64,000 nucleotides of DNA, taken from the NCBI GenBank assembly GCA_021818955.1, contig JAKASR010000002.1:9169-73168 (forward strand). The letters are read 5' to 3'. This stretch comes from Acidobacteriota bacterium. Lineage in GTDB: Bacteria; Acidobacteriota; Terriglobia; Terriglobales; SCQP01. The notes under the pieces were generated by a model, which worked only from the letters and a program-made list of their open reading frames with translations, was not told the DNA's origin and ran no database searches. A program made the position numbers and the translations under genes. How positions within the stretch are numbered: the first letter of the stretch is position 1; the number at the start of each line of letters is the position of its first letter. Shown here piece by piece: positions 1-10,603 of this stretch.

Positions 1-472
1 CGCCGCCGCCATTGCCGCCGCCGTTGTTGCTGGCGCCGATGGCGCCGCTAAACAGGCTATTCGAAATGGAAGCGCCGCTGAAGCCGCGCGCGGCGGCGCC
101 GGATTGGGTGCGAAGCACATCAATTTGCGCCTTCAGGCGATCGTAATTATCGGCCAGCAAATTGAGATTGTCGGCCAAGGTCAATTGCACCGCCTGGCGC
201 AGCGAGAGCGGCAACTTGCCGGTACGCTCGGCATAGGCCAGCACCGCCGGGTTGGCGCCGGGCAAGATCAGCGGCGGCAAGGGGCGGTAATCGTTCCAGA
301 AGGCGAAGGCACCGCCCCGATGCGGCAAGCGCGGCGGCGCGAGCTGGATATTCGGGGAATGATTCCGCGTTTGCGCCGAGGCCGGGGCCGATGGCGGCGG
401 CGCCGGCTGCTGCGCCCAAGCCAGCCACGGCAGCAGTCCCAGCAGCAGAGAAAAGAGCAGAACTTTACGCAT
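1..472 (-). CDS. TolC-family outer membrane efflux protein, 5' part (runs off window)
   Basis: Manual translation from ATG 472: signal peptide MRKVLLFSLLLGLLPWLAWA, then KLPLSLRQAVQLTLADNLNL resembling a TolC first helix; last gene of the efflux operon in view. Confidence 0.7.
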   Translation of the reverse strand, partial: MRKVLLFSLLLGLLPWLAWAQQPAPPPSAPASAQTRNHSPNIQLAPPRLPHRGGAFAFWNDYRPLPPLILPGANPAVLAYAERTGKLPLSLRQAVQLTLADNLNLLADNYDRLKAQIDVLRTQSGAAARGFSGASISNSLFSGAIGASNNGGGNGGG

Positions 473-485
473 GATGGCCATCCAT

Positions 486-1217
486 TTAAGAAATTGCGGC
501 GACGCCGCCCTGGGCGTGGCCGGGATTTGCGGCGGGCGGTTCGCCGCCGCGGGTTTCGCCCACGATCCAGCCATCGGCCATGCGAATGGTGCGCCGTCCA
601 TAGGCGGCATTGGTTTCCGAGTGGGTCACCTGCACGATGGTGACGCCGTCGCGATTGAGCCGGGTAAACAGCTCCATGATTTCGCGTCCCTGCTCGGAGT
701 GCAGGTTGCCGGTGGGCTCGTCGGCGAGGAGCAGCTTGGGCCGGGCGATCACAGCGCGGGCAATGGCCACCAATTGCTGCTGCCCGCCGGACAACTGGCT
801 GGGAAAGAGGTCTTTTTTGCCGACGATATGGAAACGGTCGAGGGTATCGGCCACCATGGCGGCGCGCTCGGAAGAGCGCAGATTGCGGTAGCTGAGCGGC
901 ACGTCGAGGTTTTCGTACACGGTCAGGTTGTCGAGCAGGTGATAACTCTGGAAGACGAAGCCGATGTTGCGCTTGTTCAGCTCGGCGCGCAGGCGCGGCT
1001 TGAGCCGGTGAACGGGCTGATCGTCAAACCAGTATTCGCCGTTCCATTCGGCATCGAGCATGCCGAGAATGCCCAGCAAGGTGGATTTGCCCGCGCCGGA
1101 GGGTCCCATGATGGTGACGAATTCGCCTTCGGCGATTGCGAGTTCAATGCGGCGCAAGACGAAGAAGCGCCCCCCGGCGAGGGGGTAGGATTTTTCAAGA
1201 TTGTTGAGCCGAATCAT
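486..1217 (-). CDS. ABC transporter ATP-binding protein (LolD/MacB-like)
   Basis: Walker A GPSGAGKST, signature LSGGQQQ, Walker B LLLADEPTGNL. Confidence 0.95.
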   Translation of the reverse strand: MIRLNNLEKSYPLAGGRFFVLRRIELAIAEGEFVTIMGPSGAGKSTLLGILGMLDAEWNGEYWFDDQPVHRLKPRLRAELNKRNIGFVFQSYHLLDNLTVYENLDVPLSYRNLRSSERAAMVADTLDRFHIVGKKDLFPSQLSGGQQQLVAIARAVIARPKLLLADEPTGNLHSEQGREIMELFTRLNRDGVTIVQVTHSETNAAYGRRTIRMADGWIVGETRGGEPPAANPGHAQGGVAAIS

Positions 1218-1336
1218 CCAACATTACCCCTTACCGCAGTTTCATTTCCGAACGGCGGCTGGCCGGGCCGGCGGCGAAATACACGTCCGGCGTTGAAGCA
1301 GCGAAGCGGAAACTCCAAGCCGGTGTACGAGCGGAA

Positions 1337-2044
<708 letters not shown>

Positions 2045-2065
2045 GGAATCGAAACTCTCCCCTCG

Positions 2066-3313
2066 TTAGCCGCCCACGCGGACGCGATTGTAGCGGTCCC
2101 AAGCGGACATATCGGACAAAATCACCTTATCTCCGGCGCGCAGGCCGCGCAGCACCTGCACCTTGCCCACCGAGGTCAAGCCGAGATCGACCCGCACCCG
2201 GACAGCGGTGCCGTCGGGCTGCACCCGGAACAAGCTGATGGTGCTGTTGCGGCGGGCTTCCGCCGGCCGCCCCACATAGAGCACATGGTGCAGGCTGGCC
2301 AGGCGGATGGTGCCTTCAACGCTGAGGTCGGGACGGGCGCCCGGGGGCAGCGGCCCATCGAGCGCGATATCGACCTGGACCGAGCCATTTTGCACCGCCG
2401 GATTGATGCGCATCACATGGCCGGGAATCAGGCCATTGTGAGTATCGATTGAAGCCGGCTGGCCGATGGCGACATCGCGCGCCTGGGTTTCGGCAATGTC
2501 AATTTGCGCTTTGAGCTGCTGCGGTTGCGCCACCTTGGCGAGGATGGCGCCGGCGGCGACCCATTGCCCGACCTGCACCGGCAGTTCCTGCAAGACACCC
2601 GTCGCGCCGGCAAAAACGGACAATTGACTGGCCTGAGTCCGCGCCAACCGGTCCAGCGCTTGCAGGGACTGCACCTTGGCCGCCTGCGCCGCCAACTGCG
2701 CCTGTTCGGAGTAACGCGTATTAGCCAACCCCTGCCGGCCGTTGTCCACCTGCTGGCGCAGCGAATCGGCCCGGCTTTGATCCTGCTGGGCATCGAAAGC
2801 GGCAATCAAGCCGCGGGCCAGCAGCTTGTTATCCGATGCGGCCTTGGCTTGCGCCTGCTGGTATTTGGCTTCCAGCTCGGCTTCGGTCGATTCCTGTTGC
2901 AGCAGTTGCGCCTGCAATTGCGCCTGCAGCTGGCGGTAGGTGGCTTGCGCCGCGACCAAATTAAAGCGCGCCGTCGCCGCATTTTGCTGCAACTGCGGGT
3001 TGGCCAACTGCAACAGCAGGGTGTGAGGACCCACCTGCGCGCCGGGCTGCAATAAACGCTTCATTACCCGGCCGTCGCTGGCCGCGGGAATAAAAAGGAT
3101 ATTTTTAGGCACCAGCTTACCCAACCCGCGCACGCGGATCACCAGATCGCCACGATGCACATGGCCCAACCAGGCGCCGGTGACGGTGGGGGGGGCGGGA
3201 CGCAAGCGGGAGACGGCGATGGTGACGCCGGCAATGGCCAACACGGTCAGCGCAGCCAGGAAGATACGGCGGCGGCGGCGTTTACGACTGAGGTCTGGGC
3301 GAGCAATATCCAT
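2066..3313 (-). CDS. Efflux periplasmic adaptor subunit (HlyD/MacA-like)
   Basis: N-terminal TM helix, lipoyl-like halves around a Gln/Ala coiled coil, C-terminal GLRAGDKVILSD. Confidence 0.9.
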   Translation of the reverse strand: MDIARPDLSRKRRRRRIFLAALTVLAIAGVTIAVSRLRPAPPTVTGAWLGHVHRGDLVIRVRGLGKLVPKNILFIPAASDGRVMKRLLQPGAQVGPHTLLLQLANPQLQQNAATARFNLVAAQATYRQLQAQLQAQLLQQESTEAELEAKYQQAQAKAASDNKLLARGLIAAFDAQQDQSRADSLRQQVDNGRQGLANTRYSEQAQLAAQAAKVQSLQALDRLARTQASQLSVFAGATGVLQELPVQVGQWVAAGAILAKVAQPQQLKAQIDIAETQARDVAIGQPASIDTHNGLIPGHVMRINPAVQNGSVQVDIALDGPLPPGARPDLSVEGTIRLASLHHVLYVGRPAEARRNSTISLFRVQPDGTAVRVRVDLGLTSVGKVQVLRGLRAGDKVILSDMSAWDRYNRVRVGG

Positions 3314-3335
3314 AAACGTTCCGACCTATCTTATA

Positions 3336-3352
3336 CGCACGCGGGGGGCCAA
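3336..3352 (-). promoter_or_regulatory. Putative sigma54 (-24/-12) promoter of the efflux operon
   Basis: Minus strand TTGGCCCCCCGCGTGCG gives GG-N10-GC, about 22 nt before the ATG at 3313. Confidence 0.55.
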
Positions 3353-3410
3353 GCGATCCGTGAAATAAAATCAAGTTTATCAGCAATTTAGCTAGATCAG
3401 GCGAGCAGCA

Positions 3411-3451
3411 GGGTGTTCGAATCCGGGACACGGGTGTAGCAAAACGCGACA
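3411..3451. promoter_or_regulatory. Tandem TGT-N11-ACA sites, putative enhancer-binding-protein sites
   Basis: gggTGTtcgaatccgggACA (3414-3430) and gggTGTagcaaaacgcgACA (3435-3451), 21 bp period, upstream of the sigma54-like site with an AT-rich spacer between. Confidence 0.5.
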
Positions 3452-3470
3452 GTTTGAAAATGGGGGGAAG

Positions 3471-3605
3471 GCGGCTCGGCCGCTTTTACTTTTAGGCGCT
3501 GACGCTTTCGCAAGGGTCCGGCCGAAACCGGACGCATTGCGAATACTTATCGCTACCGAAAGTTTATTGTCGTTAATAGACGCGGGACCTAATAGGAACC
3601 CCGCG
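3471..3605 (-). repeat. Intergenic structured repeat, copy 1 (long form)
   Basis: GCGGCTCGGCCGCTTTTACTTTTAGGCGCTGACGCTTTCG...GTCCGGCCGAAACCGGACGC core shared with 4564, 10375 and 12522; distal CGCGGGA...CCCCGCG hairpin shared with copy 3. Confidence 0.95.
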
Positions 3606-3659
3606 TTTCGGCCTGCGATTTCGGACGAAAACTACTGTCCGACTCGGCCGTTAACGCTT

Positions 3660-4511
3660 TTAGCGCAGCCAATCTTCTAAAGCAATGGCCTGGGTGGTTT
3701 TTTCATCGCGATATTTAACGATGACCGGAGTCGCAAGAGACAGTCCCCATTCGGGGCCTTTGCCGCGGACGACGGAGCGCGCGCCGGGGATCACCACGGC
3801 GCCTTCAGGAATTTCCAGCGGCGAATCGGCGGTGGCGCGATAGATGGTTTCCCGCACCAGGTCATAGACCGGAGTAGAGCGGGTCAAGATCACGCCGGCG
3901 CCGAGCACCGCGCCGGCGCCGACGCGGGTGCCTTCGTAAATGCCACAGTTTCCCCCGACCAGCACGTCATCTTCAATGACCACGGGGCGGGCATTGACCG
4001 GTTCCAGGACGCCGCCGACCTGGGCAGCGGCGCTGAGATGGACCCGGCGTCCGATCTGGGCGCAAGAGCCGACCAGGGCATGAGAATCGAGCATGGTGTC
4101 TTCCCCCACCCAGGCGCCGATGTTGACGAAGACCGGCGGCATGACAATGACGCCGGGAGCCAGATAAGCGCCGTCGCGGACACTAGAGCCCCCGGGAACG
4201 ATCCGCACGCGGTCGGTGGGCAGCCAGCGGCGGGTGGGAAGCGAGTCTTTATCGAAAAATTCCAGCGGCCCCGCCTGGCCGGCGGACTGCACCTTGCCCA
4301 GGCGGAAGCCCATCAGGATGCCCTCCTTGACCCAGTCATTCACCCGCCAATTTCCAGAGGCGGCGGGTTCGGCGGCGCGAATCGTGCCGCAGTTGAGCCC
4401 GGCACGCAATTGCTCGAAGGCGGCCCGCGCTTCCGGGCGCACCGAATCGAGATTGACGGCCTGATAGTACAAGTGCAGCCGCTGCGCCAGGGTTAAAGGC
4501 TGGGTGGCCAT
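3660..4511 (-). CDS. dapD: 2,3,4,5-tetrahydropyridine-2,6-dicarboxylate N-succinyltransferase
   Basis: [51 protein letters not shown], hexapeptide repeats. Confidence 0.95.
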   Translation of the reverse strand: MATQPLTLAQRLHLYYQAVNLDSVRPEARAAFEQLRAGLNCGTIRAAEPAASGNWRVNDWVKEGILMGFRLGKVQSAGQAGPLEFFDKDSLPTRRWLPTDRVRIVPGGSSVRDGAYLAPGVIVMPPVFVNIGAWVGEDTMLDSHALVGSCAQIGRRVHLSAAAQVGGVLEPVNARPVVIEDDVLVGGNCGIYEGTRVGAGAVLGAGVILTRSTPVYDLVRETIYRATADSPLEIPEGAVVIPGARSVVRGKGPEWGLSLATPVIVKYRDEKTTQAIALEDWLR

Positions 4512-4563
4512 GAGCGTTCCTCCGCCTCGATGGAATTTTACTGCATCGACCCAGATTCAGAGA

Positions 4564-4664
4564 GCGGCTCGGCCGCTTTTACTTTTAGGCGCTGACGCTT
4601 TCGCCAAGGTCCGGCCGAAACCGGACGCAGGGCAAACACTCATGGATGCCGAAAGTTTATCGTC
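4564..4664 (-). repeat. Intergenic structured repeat, copy 2
   Basis: Near-identical to the copy 4 core; lies between divergent dapD and padR. Confidence 0.95.
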
Positions 4665-4694
4665 ATGCCGGCGCGATAGACCCGCCTCTCGCCC

Positions 4695-4741
4695 CTCCTT
4701 GACAACTTAGGAGAGCCGCACTATCCTAAGCCGCATAGGAG
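4695..4741 (+). promoter_or_regulatory. padR promoter with two overlapping palindromic operators
   Basis: -35 TTGACA 4699-4704, 17 bp, -10 TATCCT 4722-4727; inverted repeats CTCCT-N9-AGGAG (4695-4713) and TCCTA-N7-TAGGA (4724-4740). Confidence 0.65.
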
Positions 4742-4749
4742 AACAGCGA

Positions 4750-5091
4750 ATGAACGACGCGGCTAAAATCCTGCCCGGCACGCTGGACTTGCTGATCTTG
4801 AAAGCGGTATCGCTGGGGCCGCAGCACGGTTACGGCGTGTTGTTGCGTATCCAGCAGATTTCGCGCGGGGCGCTGACGATCGAGCAGGGGGCGCTGTATC
4901 CGGCGCTGTACCGCCTGGAAAAAAACAAAGAGCTGGCGGCGGAGTGGGGCACTTCGGAAAATAACCGCCGCGCGCGGTTTTACCGGCTGACGGCCGCGGG
5001 ACGCCGGCGGCTGGAACACGAGGAAGACAGTTGGCGGCGGCTGGCGGCGGCGATGGGCGCGGCCTTGAAGGCGCGTCCGGAAGAAGTCTGA
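4750..5091 (+). CDS. PadR-family transcriptional regulator (acidobacterial type)
   Basis: GTLDLLILK, HGYG, GALYPALYRLE, WGTSENNRRARFYRLT. Confidence 0.95.
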   Translation: MNDAAKILPGTLDLLILKAVSLGPQHGYGVLLRIQQISRGALTIEQGALYPALYRLEKNKELAAEWGTSENNRRARFYRLTAAGRRRLEHEEDSWRRLAAAMGAALKARPEEV

Positions 5092-5104
5092 GGAGTACGC
5101 AACC

Positions 5105-7702
5105 ATGTGGGGCAAGCGGAGGCGGAAGGAAGGGGAGATTGCCGAGGAACTGGCCGGTCACCTGGAGCGCCGGCAGGCGGACCTGATGGCGGCGGGACTC
5201 GACGCGGAAGCGGCGCGACGGCAGGCGCGGCTGGAATTCGGCTCAACCGACAACTACCGCGAGGAGGCGCGCGCGGCGCTAGGCTGGGCGCGATGGGATG
5301 CGCTGCGGCAGGACCTGCGCGACGCGCTGCGGCAGATGCGCCGCGCGCCGGGTCTGGCGGCCACGGTGGTGCTGACTTTGGCACTGGCGATGGGCGCCAA
5401 TACGGCGCTGTTCAGCATGCTCGACGCGGTGCTGCTGCGGCCGCTGAATTATCCGCATCCGGAACGGATTTTAATTGAAAACAACAGCCTCTCCTATCCA
5501 ATCTTCAAGCAATTCCAGGCGCGGCTTACATCCTTGGAATCGATTGCGGCTCAAAGCGGATATTCCTTCACGCTTTTAGGACAAGGCGCGCCGGCGCGAA
5601 TTTGGGCGACCCAAACCACGCCAGGATATTTCAAGGTATTTGACACCGCGCCCATTCTCGGCCAGGTATTCACGCGCGCCGAACTCGATCGCGGCGATCG
5701 GAATGTGGCCGTGCTCGATTATCAGTTCTGGCGGCAGAAGTTGAACGGCCGGCGGAACGTGATTGGCAAAAGCTTAAATTTGGACGGCAAATTATTCCGG
5801 ATCCTAGGCGTCATGCCACCGGGTTTCAACCTTTCCCGCAGTGTTCAGTTTCGTGCCGCAGTCTGGGTGCCATTGCAATTAAAACCGGCACAACGAACCA
5901 ATAATTTTGCTTCCTTATTCATTTTGGGCCGGCTCAAACCGGGCTTCACTCGGCGTCAATTCCAATCCCAACTCAGCGCCATCTGGAAGTCCAAAGGATT
6001 TCCAGCAAAAAATTATCTGCCCCCGAACCTTCAATGGAGAACCTATCGCTCTTCGCTGGTCGGCAACTATCATCAGCCGCTCTGGCTGCTGATCAGCGCC
6101 AGCGGATTACTCCTGCTGCTGGCCTGCCTGAACATCGCCGGCCTGCTGCTGGCGCGCAATGCCGGGCGCCGGGCGGAAATCGCGATGCGGGCGGTGCTGG
6201 GCGCCAGCCGGCGACGGATTCTGCGGCAACTGCTGGCGGAAAGCGCATTGTCAGGAATTGCCGGAGGTGGCTTAGGGCTGCTCTTGGGCGCCTGGATGCT
6301 TGCCGGGCTGCGCGCCGCCGCCGTGGCCGCCGGGCTGCCGCGCATGCAGCATGTCACGATTTCCGGCATCAGCCTGGCATTTAGCGGTGGGCTGCTAATT
6401 TTGACCGTACTGATATTTGGCCTGCTGCCGGCTTGGGAAGCCTCACGGGTGAATCTCAATCATGCCGCCAACCAGGCCCGCCGCGGCACGCCATCCCGTT
6501 CCAGCCGGAGAATCCTCGAAACCTTGGTCGTCGGCGAGTTGGCGTTTGCCGTGGCGCTCGCCTTCGGCGCCAGCCTGCTGCTGCGCAGCTATGCCCAATT
6601 GACCTCGCTGCCGCTGGGCTTCAACCCCCACCACCTTTTAATGTTCTCGACCGATATGCCACCTGGCCCGGCACAAGAGTCAAACCATGATCGCCAGCGG
6701 CGGGCTGAGCTTTTCATTCAGCAAGCATTGCATCGGCTTCGGGTATTGCCCGGGATTCAATCGGCGGGTTTTATCGGGATGCCGCCGTTTTATGGACTAA
6801 TGATGCTCGAAGTACAGCGGCGAAACTCTCCCCATTATTTTGACACGCTCGAAAATGTGACCAGTCCAGGATTGCTGCGAACTTTGGGAGTGCCGCTTCT
6901 TCAAGGACGCGATTTCACCGCGGCTGATAACTCACACGCGCCCAAGGTCGCGCTTGTCAGCCAAGCGCTGGCGGAAGAACTATGGCCGCATCAATACCCC
7001 ATCGGCCGCGTATTTTTAATTGGCGGAAAAAAGAAAACCGCTTATCGCGTCATCGGCGAAACGGGCAATGCCATGCAGTATGGCCCCTTTGGGTCGAGAG
7101 CCGAAGGCATCAACATGCTTGCCCAGCCCACAATCTATTTGCCTTATACCCAAGCGAATATTCCGATGTACACCTTTATAGCGCGCACCACGATGCCGCC
7201 GCTGAGCCTGGCGCCGGAGATACGGCGGATCTTCAACCAAATCAACCCCACCGAGCCGGTGAACGATATGCAAAGCTTCCAGCAACTATTCGCTTCCCTG
7301 CTCGCCAGTCGCCGTCTGTATCTCGATCTGCTTTCGGCGATGGCCGGCCTGGCGCTGCTTTTGGTGATGGCCGGGGTCTTTGGCGTGTCGCGTTTCATGG
7401 CCGCCGCCCGCACCGGCGAAATCGGCATTCGCAAAGCGCTGGGCGCGGAAAATGCGGCGGTGCTGCGGCTGCTGCTGCGGCGAACCGCGATTTTAGCCTT
7501 GAGCGGCGCAACTCTGGGCGCGGGCCTGGGCTTATTGCTGGCGCGGCTGCTGACCCGCCTGCTCTATGGCGTCACGCCCACGGACGCGGCGACTTTGATC
7601 GCGGTGGCGGCGCTGGCGATGGCAACGGCGTTGATAGCGGCCTGGCTGCCGGCGCGACGCGCGGCGCGGCTCGATCCGCTCGCGGTGCTGCGCTACGAAT
7701 GA
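5105..7702 (+). CDS. ADOP-type duplicated ABC permease (MacB periplasmic + FtsX, twice)
   Basis: Permease-prefix N-terminus (EELAGHLE...RLEFG), LALAMGANTALFS, EIGIRKALGA, ends PARRAARLDPLAVLRYE; follows padR. Confidence 0.92.
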   Translation: MWGKRRRKEGEIAEELAGHLERRQADLMAAGLDAEAARRQARLEFGSTDNYREEARAALGWARWDALRQDLRDALRQMRRAPGLAATVVLTLALAMGANTALFSMLDAVLLRPLNYPHPERILIENNSLSYPIFKQFQARLTSLESIAAQSGYSFTLLGQGAPARIWATQTTPGYFKVFDTAPILGQVFTRAELDRGDRNVAVLDYQFWRQKLNGRRNVIGKSLNLDGKLFRILGVMPPGFNLSRSVQFRAAVWVPLQLKPAQRTNNFASLFILGRLKPGFTRRQFQSQLSAIWKSKGFPAKNYLPPNLQWRTYRSSLVGNYHQPLWLLISASGLLLLLACLNIAGLLLARNAGRRAEIAMRAVLGASRRRILRQLLAESALSGIAGGGLGLLLGAWMLAGLRAAAVAAGLPRMQHVTISGISLAFSGGLLILTVLIFGLLPAWEASRVNLNHAANQARRGTPSRSSRRILETLVVGELAFAVALAFGASLLLRSYAQLTSLPLGFNPHHLLMFSTDMPPGPAQESNHDRQRRAELFIQQALHRLRVLPGIQSAGFIGMPPFYGLMMLEVQRRNSPHYFDTLENVTSPGLLRTLGVPLLQGRDFTAADNSHAPKVALVSQALAEELWPHQYPIGRVFLIGGKKKTAYRVIGETGNAMQYGPFGSRAEGINMLAQPTIYLPYTQANIPMYTFIARTTMPPLSLAPEIRRIFNQINPTEPVNDMQSFQQLFASLLASRRLYLDLLSAMAGLALLLVMAGVFGVSRFMAAARTGEIGIRKALGAENAAVLRLLLRRTAILALSGATLGAGLGLLLARLLTRLLYGVTPTDAATLIAVAALAMATALIAAWLPARRAARLDPLAVLRYE

Positions 7703-7711
7703 AAGCAGGCG

Positions 7712-7762
7712 CTAGCAGCATAAACGGGCGCGGCCTTGAAAGCGCGTCCGGAAGAAGTCTGA
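7712..7762 (+). pseudogene. Remnant of the padR 3' end carried by a tandem duplication
   Basis: 7726-7762 matches padR 5055-5091 at 36/37 nt (GAALKARPEEV*); decayed L-A-A-stop codons upstream. Confidence 0.85.
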
Positions 7763-7774
7763 GGAGGATGCACC

Positions 7775-10372
7775 ATGCGGGGCAAGCGGCGGCGGCGGGA
7801 AGCGGAGATCACGGAAGAACTGGCCGGGCACTTGGAGCGCCGGCAGGCGGACCTGATGGCGGCGGGACTCGACGCGGAAGCGGCGCGGCGGCAGGCGCGG
7901 CTGGAATTCGGCTCAACCGACAACTACCGCGAGGAGGCGCGCGCGGCGCTAGGCTGGGCGCGCTGGGATAATTTCCGGCAGGACCTGCGCGACGCGCTGC
8001 GGCAGATGCGCCGCGCGCCGGGGCTGGCGATTGCCGTGGTGCTGACCCTGGCGCTGGCGATGGGCGCCAACACGGCGCTGTTCAGCATGCTCTACGCGGT
8101 GCTGCTGCGGCCGCTGAATTATCGCCACCCGAACCGGATTGTCATTCTGCAAGCTCAACTTACCTATCCGGAATTGCGCGCGCTGCAGACCCGGCTCACC
8201 GCCTTTCAAACCCTGGCCGCCCAAAGATGGGCCGATGAATTCACCTTGTTGGACCAGGGGGCGCCGCGAAGAATATCCGCCCTGGCGGTTACCCCGGAAT
8301 TTTTCCAGGTCTTGAGCGCCGCCCCGATTTCCGGCCAGGTTTTTACCCGCGCCGAGTACGATCGCGGCGACCGGAACGTGATTGTGCTCGCATACAGCTT
8401 TTGGCAGCGCATCTTCGCCGGCCGGAGCGAGGTGCTGGGACGAAATCTCAATCTGGACGGCAAGCTGTTTCGCATCCAAGGCATCATGCCGCGCGGATAT
8501 GCGAACCTCAACCGTTCCCAGGACGCCAGTTTTGCCGGTTGGATTCCGCTGCAACTGACGCCGGCGCAGCGAATCGCCCACAATTTTGACCTGTTTTTAC
8601 TGGGACGGCTCAAGCCCGGCAGAAAACTCCGCCAGGCGAATCTTCAAACCCGAACCATCGGGAATCAACCCGAGTTTCGCCAACCCATATCGAAACCGAT
8701 GCAATGGGTCCGCTATCGCGCCGCCATCACGAAAAAATATGACCAGCCGATCTGGCTGCTGAATGCCGCCGCCGGGCTGATGCTGCTGCTGGCCTGCCTG
8801 AATATCGCCGGACTGCTGCTGGCCCGCAATGCCGGGCGGCGGACAGAGATCGCCATGCGAGCGGTGCTGGGCGCCAGCCGCGGGCGGATTCTGCGGCAAC
8901 TGCTGGCGGAAAGCGGGCTGCTGGGCATTGCCGGCTGCGGCCTGGGAATGCTCGCAGGCGCCTGGATGTTTGCCGGGCTGCGCGCCGCGGCGGTGGCCGC
9001 CGGCCTGCCGCGGATGCAGCATGCCGGCATCGCCGGCGCCAGTCTCGCGTTGAGCGCCGCGCTGCTGGTTTTGGCCATACTTTTATTCGGCCTGTTGCCG
9101 GCCTGGGAAGCCTCGCGGGTGAACTTAAACAGCGCCGCCAACCAGACCCGCCGCGGCACGCCATCCCGTTCCAGCCGGAGAATCCTTGAAACTTTAGTCA
9201 TTGGCGAACTGGCGTTTGCCGTAGCGCTGGCCTTCGGCGCCGGCCTGCTGCTGCGCAGCTACGCCCAATTGACCTCCCTGCCGCTGGGCTTCAACCCGCA
9301 TCATCTGCTGATGTTTTCCACCGAACTTCCATCCCCGGCGGCCCAGCCATCAACCCCCGCCAGCCGGCAGCGGTCCGATCTTTTCATTCAGCAAGCTTTG
9401 CAAAGACTGCAAGCCCTGCCCGGAGTGCGATCGGCGGGCTTTGTCGAATTATCGCCGTTTAATGGACTGATCTACATGAATATACAGCGGCGGAATGATC
9501 CTCATTTGTTTCACACGCTGGTGAATGTAGCCGGTCCCCACTTCATGCGAACTCTGGGCGTGCCCATCCTGCGCGGGCGGAATTTCCGCGCGGACGACGG
9601 CTTCAACTCGCCCAAAGTCGCCCTGGTCAACCGGGCACTGGCGGAAGAGCTATGGCCGCATCAAAATCCCATCGGCCAGGAATTAATCTTCGGAGGAAGC
9701 CGGCCCACCGCTTATCGCGTCATCGGCGAAGCGGGCAATTTCATGCAGTATGGTCCCTTTTGGATGAGAGCCAAAGGCATGAAGGTACTGGCCCAGGCCA
9801 CCGTTTATTTTCCTTATACGCAAGCTCATCCTCAAATGTATTCATTTTTGGTGCGCACCCGCGTGCCGCCAGCGAGCCTGGAGGCGGAGGTACGGCGGAT
9901 TTTCAGCCAGATCAATCCCACCGAGCCGTTGACCAACTTTCAAACGTTCCAGCAGCGGTTCACGGCGTTGCTTGTCCGCCGCCGCCTCTATCTCGACCTG
10001 CTGGCCGCGATGGCGGGGCTGGCGCTGATACTGGTGCTGGCCGGCGTTTATGGAGTGGCCAACTTCATGGCCGGAGCGCGCACGGGCGAAATCGGCATCC
10101 GCAAAGCGCTGGGCGCGGAAAATGCCGCGGTGCTGCGTTTATTACTGTGGCGAACCGCGGTTTTGTCGTTGATCGGCGCGGCTCTGGGCGCGGGCCTGGG
10201 CTTGATGCTGGCGCGGCTGCTGACCAGCCTGTTATACGGCGTGCAAGCTAGCGATCCGGCCACGCTGGCCGGGGTAGCGGCCTTCGCGCTGGCCACGGCG
10301 GTGGCGGGCGCCTGGGTGCCGGCGCGGCGGGCGGCGCGGCTCGATCCGCTCGCGATGCTGCGCTACGAATGA
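7775..10372 (+). CDS. ADOP-type duplicated ABC permease, paralog of 5105-7702
   Basis: Same length (865 aa) and architecture; near-identical N-terminus and TM segments. Confidence 0.92.
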   Translation: MRGKRRRREAEITEELAGHLERRQADLMAAGLDAEAARRQARLEFGSTDNYREEARAALGWARWDNFRQDLRDALRQMRRAPGLAIAVVLTLALAMGANTALFSMLYAVLLRPLNYRHPNRIVILQAQLTYPELRALQTRLTAFQTLAAQRWADEFTLLDQGAPRRISALAVTPEFFQVLSAAPISGQVFTRAEYDRGDRNVIVLAYSFWQRIFAGRSEVLGRNLNLDGKLFRIQGIMPRGYANLNRSQDASFAGWIPLQLTPAQRIAHNFDLFLLGRLKPGRKLRQANLQTRTIGNQPEFRQPISKPMQWVRYRAAITKKYDQPIWLLNAAAGLMLLLACLNIAGLLLARNAGRRTEIAMRAVLGASRGRILRQLLAESGLLGIAGCGLGMLAGAWMFAGLRAAAVAAGLPRMQHAGIAGASLALSAALLVLAILLFGLLPAWEASRVNLNSAANQTRRGTPSRSSRRILETLVIGELAFAVALAFGAGLLLRSYAQLTSLPLGFNPHHLLMFSTELPSPAAQPSTPASRQRSDLFIQQALQRLQALPGVRSAGFVELSPFNGLIYMNIQRRNDPHLFHTLVNVAGPHFMRTLGVPILRGRNFRADDGFNSPKVALVNRALAEELWPHQNPIGQELIFGGSRPTAYRVIGEAGNFMQYGPFWMRAKGMKVLAQATVYFPYTQAHPQMYSFLVRTRVPPASLEAEVRRIFSQINPTEPLTNFQTFQQRFTALLVRRRLYLDLLAAMAGLALILVLAGVYGVANFMAGARTGEIGIRKALGAENAAVLRLLLWRTAVLSLIGAALGAGLGLMLARLLTSLLYGVQASDPATLAGVAAFALATAVAGAWVPARRAARLDPLAMLRYE

Positions 10373-10374
10373 AA

Positions 10375-10571
10375 GCGGCTCGGCCACTTTTACTTTTAGG
10401 CGCTGACGCTTTCGCAAACGTCCGGCCGAAGCCGGACGCTTGGCGAAAACTCATGGTTGCCAGGCATTGCCGGGCGCAATTCCCGCGGAATTGCCGGCAT
10501 GCTTGATGCAATTCCTGCGGAATTGCTTTGGATTGTCGTTCCCAGGCGCGGGATCTAACAGGAACCCCGCG
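10375..10571 (-). repeat. Intergenic structured repeat, copy 3 (long form with internal palindromes)
   Basis: Core as in other copies; internal GCAATTCC-NGC-GGAATTGC twice (10476-10494, 10508-10526); distal hairpin shared with copy 1. Confidence 0.92.
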
Positions 10572-10603
10572 CGCCCGATCAAAGCCCGCCCGGCGGTCGC
10601 TGA

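Noticed and set aside
5105-10372. ADOP paralogs as a diversity-generating retroelement template/variable pair
   Set aside because: No reverse transcriptase; differences are not adenine-specific and span whole domains
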